This document shows, in pieces, positions 40,127 to 50,092 of a stretch of 64,000 nucleotides of DNA. The stretch covers positions 64,001-128,000 of the forward strand of contig CAVXTM010000010.1 of the NCBI GenBank assembly GCA_963764725.1, in the 5' to 3' direction. This DNA is from an uncultured Gammaproteobacteria bacterium. GTDB lineage: Bacteria > Pseudomonadota > Gammaproteobacteria > JACCXJ01. A program made the translations under genes and the position numbers. Below the pieces are notes generated by a model. That model had not been told where the DNA came from, did not search any database, and saw only the letters and a list, made by a program, of their open reading frames with translations. Every line of letters begins with the position of its first letter. Position 1 is the first letter of the stretch.

Positions 40127-41194
40127 CTACCACTCGATCATGACACCTTCCGCGTCTGACCGAGGAAAGACTGTCGTGTAACCATGCTTCTTGCGGAGCG
40201 GCTTGCCGTCCCAAAACTCGTTGAACCTGGTCCGATAGTTGAACGTCAGTTCCGGCTCGGCGCCTCCCCATTTGATCACGCGCGCGATCGCCTGCCGGTC
40301 GGGGTGCTTGAAGTGGGCGCCGTTGGTCGAGAAGAGGTACCGCTTGCAGTCCAGCGCTTCGAGGAGCGCACGGCTGACGTTCGCCTTGCTGCCGTGGTGC
40401 GGCAGCTTGCAGGCGTCAACGGCGAGCTTGCCGCTCGTGCCGAGGCGCGTGATGGCCGCCGTCAGCACACCGGGATGGGCGTCGCCGGTGAGCAGTAAGC
40501 GGTGTCCATCAAACTCGGCGAGCACCGCGATGCTGCTGCCGTTGGCTTCCGCGGTATCCTCGGAGAACTTCTCGAGTGCAAGCTCGTCCACATCGAGTGC
40601 GCCGCCGAGCAGCTCGAAGCCTTCTGGCGACTCGACCTCCTCGGGACGCTTCATGGTGGGATCGAGCCCCGCCTTGCGGACCTCCTTCTCCCACTCTGGT
40701 TTCAGATCGGCCAGCTTGCCCGGAGTGGGCGACAGCAACGTCAGAACGAGACCGCCATCGAGCTCGACGCGTGGGAGCTTGCCCTCCGTAGGGACGACGA
40801 CTGCCTTCTTCCCGAAGGCGCAGTTCCACTTCATGCCTGGGTTGACCAGCATGTCCGTGAGCTTCTCGCCCTGGACCGGGCCGAGTGTGTCGAGGTTTTC
40901 ATCGGGGAGGTGTCGATAGCCGTTGAACCAGATGTCGTTTGCCTGGAAGCCCGTTTCCTTGTCTTCCAGGAGATCCAACACTCCCGCAATGTGGTCGGCG
41001 TCGATGTGCGTGACCATGAGCAGCTCGAAGCGGCGCTCCTTCTCGGAAAGCTCGCGGAGCTTGGGACGCAAGGCGCGCTTGTAGGTGCCCGTTGCCCCTC
41101 CGTCAATCAGGACCCGTCGCGGAGCCTTGGGATCGCCATATTCGATCCACAAACAGTCACCGTGTCCTGCGAGAAGCATTTCGATACTGAACAT
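40127..41194 (-). CDS. MBL-fold metallohydrolase (ComEC/Avs1a-like)
   Basis: AGHGDC, LIDGG, THIDADHIAG, NGSSI, LTGDAH, KLPHHGS..N, STNG..FKHPD. Confidence 0.88.
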   Translation of the reverse strand: MFSIEMLLAGHGDCLWIEYGDPKAPRRVLIDGGATGTYKRALRPKLRELSEKERRFELLMVTHIDADHIAGVLDLLEDKETGFQANDIWFNGYRHLPDENLDTLGPVQGEKLTDMLVNPGMKWNCAFGKKAVVVPTEGKLPRVELDGGLVLTLLSPTPGKLADLKPEWEKEVRKAGLDPTMKRPEEVESPEGFELLGGALDVDELALEKFSEDTAEANGSSIAVLAEFDGHRLLLTGDAHPGVLTAAITRLGTSGKLAVDACKLPHHGSKANVSRALLEALDCKRYLFSTNGAHFKHPDRQAIARVIKWGGAEPELTFNYRTRFNEFWDGKPLRKKHGYTTVFPRSDAEGVMIEW

Positions 41195-41224
41195 TGCATT
41201 CTCCTTTCGAGGAGGTCGACGGTG

Positions 41225-41362
41225 ACCGCCCGAGCAAGCGACACCTTTGGACTCTTCACCTCCCCGACTCTCCAGTCTCGCATGTAGCGCTTCGAGAAGT
41301 GCAAAAGCACCCCCGACTGGACGTTGGTGGTACTGATGATGAAGTGGGGCTCATCGGGCAAA
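41225..41362 (-). pseudogene. Internal fragment of a patatin-like phospholipase
   Basis: LPDEPHFIISTTNVQSGVLLHFSKRYMRDWRVGEVKSPKVSLARAV, the segment preceding ASSA.P in patatins. Confidence 0.55.
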
Positions 41363-41574
41363 AAAGGGAAGATACAACTGGACCTGTTAGCTGTCAAACA
41401 CGCGGGTCCCGGGTCCCCGGATCGGGGAATTTTCGGGCCATTGCATCCTCGGCGCGCCTAGCAGGCCCCCTTCGGGTCCGGCCAGCTTCGCTGGCGCTCG
41501 GGTACTCGCCCCTGGGCCTGGCTTTCATTGGCCCGAGGCGCCAAGTTTCGGGACCAGTGGCAGTATCCAAGCCG

Positions 41575-42792
41575 CTAGGGTTTTGGCGGGAGAACATCTT
41601 TGATCGCCTCGAGGCGTAAGCGTCCGATCTCGCTGCCCAAGGCCCCGCCCGTGAGTCCCTGAGCGATGAGATCGCGAGCATCGACAGACTGCGCCGCACG
41701 CAACGCCCGGCGCAGGTACTCCGGCTGAGGGTAAGCGCGATCCTCGAGCCCGGTGCGCCCGCGGGCATCGGCTTCGCAGGCCGTGAGGAATTGCTCGAAG
41801 CGCTCCGGCCTTCGGAAGGCATCCAGGGCCTCGAGGGCCGTTAGCAAGGTCGCGGGCCGAAGCTCAAGGGCATGGTGACAATGGCTGTGATAGCGCGCGA
41901 CCAGCACGGCGAGATCGCGGTAGTCATTGGGGATGCGGTAGCGCTGGCAGAAGTCAAAAATGATCTCAGCGCCGCGTTCCTCGTGACCGCGGTGATGCGG
42001 CCATTGCTCTTGAGGGGTCGTCCCTTTCCCGAGATCGTGCACCAAGGTGGCAAAGCGCACGCGCGGATCTTCGCTCAAGCGCGCGGCCTGGTCTAGCACC
42101 AACATCACATGCAATCCCGTGTCGATTTCGGGGTGGTGGCGCGGCGGTTGCGGCACGCCGAAGAGCCGTTCGATCTCGGGAAAGAGCACAACGAGGGCGC
42201 CGCAGGTCCGTAGCGTATCGAAAAATAGGCGCGGTCGGGGCTCGGCGAGGGCACGGTCGAGCTCCGCCCACACCCGCTCCGGAACCAAGGCTTCGGTTTC
42301 CCCGGCCGCGACCATCTCGCGCATGAGCGCCAGCGTTTCCTCGGCGATCCCAAAACCGAAACGCGCAGCGAAGCGGGCGACTCTCAAGATGCGCACGGGA
42401 TCCTCGGCGAAGGCGGGCGAGACATGTCGGAGGATCCCGCGTTCCAGATCCGCGCGCCCGCCGTACGGGTCGATGATGCTCCCGTCGATGTCTTCGGCCA
42501 TGGCGTTGATGGTCACATCGCGGCGTTCGAGATCGGCCTCCAAGGAAACCTCAGGCGAAGCATGGAACACGAACCCCTTGTAGCCGGGTCCGACCTTGCG
42601 TTCGGTGCGAGCGAGCGCGTATTCTTCGTGGGTCTGGGGGTGCAGAAAGACCGGGAAGTCCTTGCCAACCGGGCGATAACCAAGGGCTAGGAGATCTTGC
42701 GCCGTGGCGCCAATCACGACCCAATCACAGTCCGAGACCGAACGGCCGAGGAGCTTATCCCGGACCGCGCCGCCGACCTTGTAGACTTTCAC
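41575..42792 (-). CDS. cca: Multifunctional CCA-adding tRNA nucleotidyltransferase
   Basis: [50 protein letters not shown]. Confidence 0.97.
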   Translation of the reverse strand: MKVYKVGGAVRDKLLGRSVSDCDWVVIGATAQDLLALGYRPVGKDFPVFLHPQTHEEYALARTERKVGPGYKGFVFHASPEVSLEADLERRDVTINAMAEDIDGSIIDPYGGRADLERGILRHVSPAFAEDPVRILRVARFAARFGFGIAEETLALMREMVAAGETEALVPERVWAELDRALAEPRPRLFFDTLRTCGALVVLFPEIERLFGVPQPPRHHPEIDTGLHVMLVLDQAARLSEDPRVRFATLVHDLGKGTTPQEQWPHHRGHEERGAEIIFDFCQRYRIPNDYRDLAVLVARYHSHCHHALELRPATLLTALEALDAFRRPERFEQFLTACEADARGRTGLEDRAYPQPEYLRRALRAAQSVDARDLIAQGLTGGALGSEIGRLRLEAIKDVLPPKP

Positions 42793-43757
42793 CGCCGCCG
42801 TGCGAATGTTCGCAAGATCCGATAGCGCGCCCGCTGATGCCGCTTTTGCAGATACGCCGGGACCACCGCTTCGATCGCAACCGGATCGATACCCAAGGCC
42901 GCGAGCCCGCTCTCGCCCTGGCACACGCTCGGGACCTGCAGCGAGCGGTAATTATCCAAGGACATGGGCTTCCCCGGGATCTGTTCCAAGACCTGGGCCT
43001 GAAGATACGAGATTCTCTCGTTTAGCGGTATGATGCGGCGGCGTAGATGCAGGCACGTAGCTGTATATGAGACCAGCCTCTGCAGGGTGTATTCCTTCGG
43101 TCCGCAGAGATCATAGCGCCGTCCCGCCGTTGCCGGGTCCTCTAGCGCCCGCATGAAAGCCTCCACGACGTTGGTGACGTAGACCGGGGCAAACCGCGAT
43201 CGCGGGCACGCCAGAGGAAAGAAATAGGGGCTGAGCCGTAGCAACTGGGCGAAACGATTGAAGAAGCTATCGTCGGGGCCGAAGATCACCGAGGGCCGGA
43301 AGCTCGTGATCCGTAACCCCTTTCCGGCTGCCTGATGCACCAGATCCTCGGCCTCGCCTTTGGTCTTGAGGTAGTGGCTGGGACCGACTGTCGCGTCCGC
43401 ATTGAGCGCGCTCATGTGCAAGAGGCAGTGGACAGGATTGCTCCGGCAGGCTTCCACGACTTGACGCGCCAGATCGACGTGGGCATGGCGGAAGCCGCTA
43501 CCATCGTCGCCGCGCTCGTTGAGAATACCGACGAGGTTGATGACCGCATCGCACCCTGCAAGCTGGCGTGTCAGCTCGGCGGGATCGTGTACATCACTCT
43601 CGATGAGATCCAAGGTCGGGATCACGAGCAGCTCGCGGTGCCGTTCCCGCCGCCGGGTGAGCACGCGGATGCGGTAGTCTTGCCCGCCCAGGGCATTGAC
43701 GAGATGGCGTCCGACGAAGCCGGTGCCCCCAAGGATGGCAATGGTTTTGATGATCAT
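42789..43757 (-). CDS. NAD-dependent epimerase/dehydratase, complex I NDUFA9-like
   Basis: GGTGFVG, INLVGIL, YLKTK, RPSVIFG..D.F. Confidence 0.9.
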   Translation of the reverse strand: MIIKTIAILGGTGFVGRHLVNALGGQDYRIRVLTRRRERHRELLVIPTLDLIESDVHDPAELTRQLAGCDAVINLVGILNERGDDGSGFRHAHVDLARQVVEACRSNPVHCLLHMSALNADATVGPSHYLKTKGEAEDLVHQAAGKGLRITSFRPSVIFGPDDSFFNRFAQLLRLSPYFFPLACPRSRFAPVYVTNVVEAFMRALEDPATAGRRYDLCGPKEYTLQRLVSYTATCLHLRRRIIPLNERISYLQAQVLEQIPGKPMSLDNYRSLQVPSVCQGESGLAALGIDPVAIEAVVPAYLQKRHQRARYRILRTFARRR

Positions 43758-43801
43758 AGCTTAACCGTAATTCTGAATACCCCGCCGTTTACGGTGGGCA
43801 C

Positions 43802-43890
43802 TTTAGCATTGAGGTTTCCAAAGGGGAGTAGTGCAACTCTCCTCTTTGGTCACGGGCGGTTCATACCCCGTCCGCGAAGTATATTGATTA
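43802..43890 (-). repeat. MITE-like repeat family A, partial copy forming the 3' end of slt
   Basis: Minus: TAATCAATATACTTCGCGGACGGGGTATGAACCGCCCGTGACCAAAGAGGAGAG..CTCCCCTTTGGAAACCTC. Confidence 0.8.
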
Positions 43891-45980
43891 CCTTTGGTTG
43901 CAGCGGCGCAGGTGATTCGCGTCGTGGCGGTTCCCCCGCGCGGGGACACCGCCGCAAGCCGCTCGCTAATAGGCTTCACCCGCCTTCCCATACGCCACTC
44001 GTAGAGCACGGTGTAGAATAGCGCATTGCGCACGTAGCGGTGCGTTTCCATATAGGGTATCGTCTCCACCCACAGTTCGGCGTTTTGGCAACCCACTTGC
44101 GGCCGCCAGCGTTCGACCTTCCCGGGGCCTGCGTTGTAGGCGGCCGCCGCCATAACCAGGTTGCCATTGAAGCGCGTCAGCATCTGGTGTAAATAGCGGC
44201 TGCCGAGTGCGATGTTGGTCTTGGGATCATAAAGCTTGACATCCGCTGTTAAGGGCATACCCAGGTCTTTCGCTACCAGCCTTCCCGTGCTCGGGAGCAC
44301 TTGCATGAGGCCGACCGCCCCCGCCGTCGAGCGCGCCTGATCAAAAAACGCGCTTTCCGCGCGCATGATACTGTAAAGGATAGCAGGTTCCAGGTTAAAT
44401 CGCGCCGCGCTCTCGGACACCCACGACGCATAGGGCGTCGGAAAGCGAAAATCGAGATCATCGTAGGCTTTGACCTTCCCGAGCGCGAAGATCACCCGGT
44501 CGTGCCAGCCCCACTCATGGGCGATGGCGGCCGCGGCGGGAACTGCGGAATCGGGCAGGTGATTCACCGCGTAAGTCCATTCGCTGCGCGCTTCCCGCGG
44601 GTATCCGGCGAGCCGCAGCTCACGGGCGCGCACCATGCCCGGCCGTGATCGCATGCGCGCGTCTTCTGTTGTCGAGAGCCGAGTCGGCCGATGGCCGAAC
44701 CGATAGGGCAGGCCCAGCCTATCGGCCGCCGCGAAACCATAATAGTCGCGTTCGGCCGCCAGTTCTTGGAATAGCCCGCGTGCCGCGGGCGCGTGTCCGG
44801 TGGACTCCAAGGCACGGGCACGCCAATAGCGCCAGCGCAAGGGATCCATGTCCCCGACCGCCTCGCGTTCGGTCCAACGCGCGAGATCGGGCCACGCCCC
44901 GGTTGCGATCGCCAAGCGTAACTGGGCGCGCTGGACCTGCCCATCCACGACGCTAGGGTCGATCGAATACAGCCAGGCAAACGCCTGCGGCAGACGTTGA
45001 TCGGCGGCGGCCAAACCGAGACTGCGCTCGATCCGCCCGGTGAGCGGATCGCCAGAAGTCAATTTAGACCAAAGGGGAGAGCTGCACCTCTCCCCTTTGG
45101 AAACCTCATCGCTAGGGTCCCCGCGGCAAGACCGCGGGGAATAGATTTTGAAGCGCGGCGCAAACCGTCTCCAAGCCGCATAAGCCTGCTCGGCGTCGGT
45201 GCGCGCCAACCGGGCAATGCCATGCGCGATGATCTCGCGGGCCATCGGGTGGTCGTACTTGAAGTCCTCGCTTGCCAACGCCTTGGCCGGATCGTCATGG
45301 CTGGCGATCCAGAGCGTGACCCAAGGTCGCTCGGTCGGTGATAACCCGTCACCAAGATAGGCGGCAAGGCGCGTCTCACCGGCCGCCATCGCCAGCCGGA
45401 TCCGCTGCCAAATCAAATCCTCGGTCCAAAGACCGCTCTTGCTCAAGACAGCGAACGCCGGATCGCATTCCGTAGGCCGTGGAGCCGCGCTCAGCCACAG
45501 TTGTTTGATTTGCTCCAGCACGGCGTTGTCCGGTCCCTGCTGCAGGCGGGCCGTAGCGTAGTGACACTGCAACACCGAATCTTCCTGGACTGCATAAAAC
45601 GCCAGGTAGCCGGGCCAATCGCCCCTCAAGGCAAGCGTGCGCAGCCAGGCGGTACGCAGTAGTGCGGCGACGGGGGTTTCGGAATAGGCCTTCAGAAACG
45701 CGCGGACTTCTTGGGGTGCGGCTTGCGCGAGGCGCGGGCGCAGATAGTCGTAGTGCAGGTAGGGATAAAGGGCGTAATTCTCGAGGCCTGGCGCCAGCGC
45801 GCGATAAGCTTGGAGATCCCCCGCGTGTAGGGCCTCGCGCGCGCGGCGGAAACTTTCGCGCTTGCCGCTCAACTCATCCACCCGCGATCCTGCGTAGGTC
45901 GGGCCGAGCGCGCACAAAAGCGAGACGGCAATCCAACCGAACACTGGCAAAGGTGCGAGGCGACGCGAGTGCGCTGACAT
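43803..45980 (-). CDS. slt: Soluble lytic murein transglycosylase (Slt70-like)
   Basis: Y.LYPYL.Y, YWRARA, ERDYYG, IMRAESAF, AVGLMQVLP, AAYNAGPG, IPYMET..YV. Confidence 0.93.
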   Translation of the reverse strand: MSAHSRRLAPLPVFGWIAVSLLCALGPTYAGSRVDELSGKRESFRRAREALHAGDLQAYRALAPGLENYALYPYLHYDYLRPRLAQAAPQEVRAFLKAYSETPVAALLRTAWLRTLALRGDWPGYLAFYAVQEDSVLQCHYATARLQQGPDNAVLEQIKQLWLSAAPRPTECDPAFAVLSKSGLWTEDLIWQRIRLAMAAGETRLAAYLGDGLSPTERPWVTLWIASHDDPAKALASEDFKYDHPMAREIIAHGIARLARTDAEQAYAAWRRFAPRFKIYSPRSCRGDPSDEVSKGERCSSPLWSKLTSGDPLTGRIERSLGLAAADQRLPQAFAWLYSIDPSVVDGQVQRAQLRLAIATGAWPDLARWTEREAVGDMDPLRWRYWRARALESTGHAPAARGLFQELAAERDYYGFAAADRLGLPYRFGHRPTRLSTTEDARMRSRPGMVRARELRLAGYPREARSEWTYAVNHLPDSAVPAAAAIAHEWGWHDRVIFALGKVKAYDDLDFRFPTPYASWVSESAARFNLEPAILYSIMRAESAFFDQARSTAGAVGLMQVLPSTGRLVAKDLGMPLTADVKLYDPKTNIALGSRYLHQMLTRFNGNLVMAAAAYNAGPGKVERWRPQVGCQNAELWVETIPYMETHRYVRNALFYTVLYEWRMGRRVKPISERLAAVSPRGGTATTRITCAAATKGNQYTSRTGYEPPVTKEESCTTPLWKPQC
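45059..45151 (+). repeat. MITE-like repeat family A, internally deleted copy in-frame inside slt
   Basis: GACCAAAGGGGAGAGCTGCACCTCTCCCCTTTGGAAACCTCATCGCTAGGGTCCCCGCGGCAAGACCGCGGG matches 29220-29292. Confidence 0.85.
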
Positions 45981-46461
45981 GGGCCGCAGATTGTCCTTGG
46001 AAACCCAGGACGTTGCAATTTCCGTGAACGACATGTTGGCTTCTCGAATCCCAGGTCGTCACCGATCGAAGCTGCTCATCCTGTTCTGCCTCGCCGACGC
46101 GCGTGAAGGGTACTTTGAAGGCTTGGCAGAGCTCACCCGCGACGGTCGGCAGCCAACGCACGAGGGTCTCGTGGAATTGATGCGGAAATTTGATCAATAC
46201 CTGATTCCTGGTCCTAGTCCGACTTAAAGCGCTGTTGCTGGTCATGGTCGGTGGACCTCTGTTACCATCGCCAAGCCATTTCGGCGACGTTGATGACCGG
46301 CTCGCACCGCTCCGGGCCTGGTTAAGACCCATTCCTCCGGCCAGTGGCGCGCTGAAGGACCGGGAGGTCCATTCGATAGGAAGCGCTTCCTGAGGCCAAT
46401 ACCAGAGGGATGCGGTCCAGGTTGCGGTGGTTGGCCGAGCTGACCCTTAAAGAGTACCGAT

Positions 46462-47166
46462 ATGATTTCCGGGAATCTGGCGGATTTCGAGCGCTTGTTC
46501 GAGCTTGCGCCTTACGCCTTGGTCATGTTCGAGCCTCAAGGCAGGATCGTGCTGGTCAGCGCCAAGGCCGAGGAGATCTTTGGATACCGCCGTGACGACT
46601 TAATGAGCTTGACTATTGACGTCCTTCTACCAGAACTCATCCAGCGCCCACCCCCCGAGGCACGAAAAGAGCACCTTGATCGGCTCCAGCCTGACATGAG
46701 CGCGAAGGAGCCCGAGCAGGAACTCTACGCGAGGCGTAAGAACGAGAGTGAGATCGCTGTGGCAGTTTCGTTGGATCGGGTCGAAGTCGACGGGAATACC
46801 CTTATCCTAGCCCTCATCCGGGGCACCGCCGAGCGCAGCCTAGCAGAGGAGGATGTACTTAACATCGCCCAGGGAGTTTCCGCTGCGGCCGGTGAAACGT
46901 TCTTTGATTCATTGGTCGGGCATCTTGCCAGAGCCTTGCAAGCTGATCATGCCTTCATCGCCGAGCTCATGGAAAACGACCTCGAGCGGGTAAGAACCAT
47001 CGCCGTATGCGCCCAGGGCAAGATCGTGGATAACTTTGAATACGATTTAACCCACACCCCCTGCAGACAGGTGGTGAGCGAGAGTTTGTGCTCATACCCG
47101 AGCGGCGTGCAGCGATTGTATCCTGAGGATCGCCCACGCGGAGGCCACGATGCAAAGACGATTTGA
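46462..47166 (+). pseudogene. PAS-GAF sensor, truncated within the GAF domain
   Basis: FELAPYA..GRIVL..AEEIFGY, GETFFDSLV..LA.AL, FEYDL..TPC..V; ends overlapping the next gene. Confidence 0.7.
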
Positions 47167-47617
47167 ATACCACAAGGCAGCGCCGGGCGCCATGCGAGCG
47201 ATGGTTTCGCTCCAAAAGTACGTAGAGGAGTCGGGTCTCGAGCGCATCCTGCTGGAGCTGGTCAAGACGCGGGCCTCCCAGATCAACGGCTGCGCCTACT
47301 GTATCGATATGCATACCAAGGATGCGCGGGCCTTGGGTGAGAGCGAGCAGCGGCTCTACGGGCTTCCTGCCTGGCGCGAGACGCCGTTCTACACGGAGCG
47401 GGAGCGAGCCGCGCTGGCCTGGACGGAGGCGATCACGCTCATCAGTCAGGGGCACGCGCCGGATGAGGTGTTCGAGCAGGCGCGTACCCAATTCACGGAA
47501 GAAGAGCTGGTCAAATTGACGCTGGCGATCATCGCCATCAACGGCTGGAACCGATTGACCATCGCTTTCCGGGAAGTGCCTGGCACATACCAGCTTCAAG
47601 GCAGCGGCAACAAGTAA
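47150..47617 (+). CDS. AhpD-like/carboxymuconolactone decarboxylase family protein
   Basis: RASQINGCAYCIDMH, WRETPFY, AINGWNR. Confidence 0.92.
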   Translation: MQRRFEYHKAAPGAMRAMVSLQKYVEESGLERILLELVKTRASQINGCAYCIDMHTKDARALGESEQRLYGLPAWRETPFYTERERAALAWTEAITLISQGHAPDEVFEQARTQFTEEELVKLTLAIIAINGWNRLTIAFREVPGTYQLQGSGNK

Positions 47618-47878
47618 GCGCCCAAGGTACTAATCGCATGAATAAACGAAGGAGGTGAACATGAGCAGAACGCAGAGTCCAATCCGGACCCCGGGTTACA
47701 CCTACGGCACGTCGGCAGTGGCCAAGTCGCCGCTCAGCGAGCAGGACTTCGATCTGCAAGCGCTGTGGCGGTTGAACCTGAAGGAATATTGTCCAAGGCC
47801 TGCATAGCTTAACGCAACATATAACATATATTTAGACACACTGACCCCACTCGCGGGCGACAAATTGAGAGGTATGGT

Positions 47879-48634
47879 ATGAAAATCGTTGTAATTGGTG
47901 GCACCGGGCTCATCGGAACAAAGCTCGTGAACAAACTTCGTCGGAGCGGCCATGAGGTAGTGGCGGCGTCGCCCGCCTCGGGCGTCAACACCATCACTGG
48001 TGAGGGGCTGGCTGAAGCGCTTGCAGGTGCGCAGGTTGTCGTCGACGTGGCGAACTCGCCGTCGTTCGAGGACAAGGCAGTTTTGGAATTCTTCGAGACG
48101 TCAGGTCGTAACCTTCTTGCCGCGGAAGCCGCCGCTGGCGTGGGACATCACGTTGCGCTGTCGGTTGTCGGCACCGATCGCCTTCTGGCGAGTGGTTACT
48201 TCCGCGCAAAGATGGCCCAGGAAAACCTGATCAAGGCGTCCAAGATTCCCTACACGATCGTCCGTTCAACGCAGTTCTTCGAGTTCGTGAGCGGCCATCG
48301 CGGATTCTCCACCGACGGGCAAACGGTTCGCTTGTCACCTGCCCTTTTGCAGCCCATCGTGTCGGATGACGTCGCTGATGCCCTGGCCGACATCGCAGTC
48401 GGGAGACCGGTGAACGGCACGGTCGAGGTGGCCGGTCCCGAACGGATACGTCTCGACGAACTCGTCGGACGATTCCTGCGCGCAACCCAGGATCCGCGCG
48501 AGGTGGTCACAGATGTCCACGCACGCTACTACGGCATAGAGTTGAACGATCAATCCCTCACCCCCGGCGACAACCCACGCATCGCCCCGACGCATTTCGA
48601 GGACTGGCTCAGCCGATCCATACCTCAAAAGTAA
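47879..48634 (+). CDS. NmrA-like NAD(P)-binding atypical SDR
   Basis: GGTGLIG, HHVALSVVG, YFRAK..QE, RSTQFFEF. Confidence 0.9.
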   Translation: MKIVVIGGTGLIGTKLVNKLRRSGHEVVAASPASGVNTITGEGLAEALAGAQVVVDVANSPSFEDKAVLEFFETSGRNLLAAEAAAGVGHHVALSVVGTDRLLASGYFRAKMAQENLIKASKIPYTIVRSTQFFEFVSGHRGFSTDGQTVRLSPALLQPIVSDDVADALADIAVGRPVNGTVEVAGPERIRLDELVGRFLRATQDPREVVTDVHARYYGIELNDQSLTPGDNPRIAPTHFEDWLSRSIPQK

Positions 48635-48727
48635 GTCAGCGAGGCAGGGTCGGTGCCCAGATCAAGTCGTCCGCCGTCATACGGTGGATTTGTATCCACG
48701 AATTTGTATCAACGAAGGAGAACACAA

Positions 48728-49159
48728 ATGTTCACTAGATTTCTCTGCGGAGTTGCCTTCGCAGCTCTCTCCGTAAGCGCAGCTTCAGCCGATGACTTGT
48801 CTACTGTACTGATAAGTACTGATAAGTCCAGGGTAACGCTGGTCTTTGATCGCGCCCTTCCGAATGTGCCCGGCAAGAGCATGAAAGGCGTGCTTGTCGA
48901 ATACCAGCCGGGCGGCTCAAATCCCGCGCATACTCATCCAGACTCGGCTTTCATCTATGCAACGGTCCTGGAGGGTGCAATTCGTAGCAAAGTCAATGAC
49001 GGTCCGGAAAAGGTGTATCACGCCGGCGAGAGCTGGGCCGAAGTACCTGGCGATCATCATGTCGTCAGCGCAAATGACAGTAACACTCACCCCGCACGCC
49101 TGCTGGCCGTCTTTGTCGTCGATACCGACGAAAAGAACCTAGTCAGGAACGACAAATAG
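48728..49159 (+). CDS. Secreted cupin-domain protein
   Basis: Signal peptide; Y.PGG..PAHTHP, VLEG, AGESW.E.PG.HH..SAN; AAGGAG RBS. Confidence 0.85.
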   Translation: MFTRFLCGVAFAALSVSAASADDLSTVLISTDKSRVTLVFDRALPNVPGKSMKGVLVEYQPGGSNPAHTHPDSAFIYATVLEGAIRSKVNDGPEKVYHAGESWAEVPGDHHVVSANDSNTHPARLLAVFVVDTDEKNLVRNDK

Positions 49160-49285
49160 TGAGACGAAAAATCGCACATTAGATCGCGATGAAGCTGTCG
49201 CTCGACCATTGGATAGGCAAGCGCTACTTCGGGTCATGACCCCATGTCGTCCAGACAACCTATCAATTCAAGAGGAGGAGCCAAC

Positions 49286-50068
49286 ATGCTCACAGCAAAA
49301 GTGGCATTGATTACGGGTTCCACCAGCGGTATCGGTCTCGGTATCGCCCGTGGTTTAGCACAGTCCGGAGCCCACATTGTGTTGAACGGCTTCGGGGATC
49401 GCTCGGAAATCGAAGAGCTACGGGCAGGGATCCAAGCCGCCTCGGATGTCGAGGTGATCTACAACGCCGCCGACATGAGCAAGCCCGACGAGATCGTCGA
49501 GATGATCACTGAGACCCAGAAGACTCTCGGCAGCCTGGACATCGTCGTGAACAACGCCGGGATCCAGAAGGTCGCCCCCATCGAGGAATTTCCAGTGGAC
49601 AAGTGGGATGCGATCATCGCCATCAATCTCTCCTCGGCGTTTCACACCATCCGCACCGCGATCCCGTTCATGAAGGCGCGGGGCTGGGGCCGCATCGTCA
49701 ACATCGGCTCCGCCCATAGCCTGGTCGCCTCGCCGTTCAAGTCGGCCTATGTCGCGGCCAAGCACGGGATGGTGGGACTCACCAAGACCGTGGCGCTGGA
49801 GGTCGCGGAGGCCGGGATCACCTGCAATGTGATCTGCCCGGGCTACGTCAGGACGCCGCTGGTCGAAGGCCAGATCCGGGATACCGCCAAGGTGCGGGGC
49901 ATCACCGAGGAACAGGTGATCCGGGAGGTGATGCTGGGCGAACAGCCCACCAAGAAGTTCGTGACCGTGGAGGAGCTAGGCGCCCTCACCGTGTTCTTGT
50001 GCAGCGATGAGGCGGCTTCCATCACCGGGACAGCCATCCCCGTTGATGGCGGATGGACTGCCCACTAA
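49286..50068 (+). CDS. bdhA: D-3-hydroxybutyrate dehydrogenase
   Basis: TGSTSGIG, NNAGIQ, SAHSLVASPFKSAYVAAKHG, ICPGYV.TPLV..QI, QPTK.F. Confidence 0.92.
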   Translation: MLTAKVALITGSTSGIGLGIARGLAQSGAHIVLNGFGDRSEIEELRAGIQAASDVEVIYNAADMSKPDEIVEMITETQKTLGSLDIVVNNAGIQKVAPIEEFPVDKWDAIIAINLSSAFHTIRTAIPFMKARGWGRIVNIGSAHSLVASPFKSAYVAAKHGMVGLTKTVALEVAEAGITCNVICPGYVRTPLVEGQIRDTAKVRGITEEQVIREVMLGEQPTKKFVTVEELGALTVFLCSDEAASITGTAIPVDGGWTAH

Positions 50069-50092
50069 AACGAGTATTCCTAGGAGAAGATC

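Noticed and set aside
45979-46332. Gene between slt and the PAS sensor
   Set aside because: A possible C-terminal remnant on the plus strand, but no motif strong enough to name
47661-47800. Phosphoketolase N-terminal remnant
   Set aside because: Faint resemblance only (PLSEQD..LWR); too short and degenerate to support
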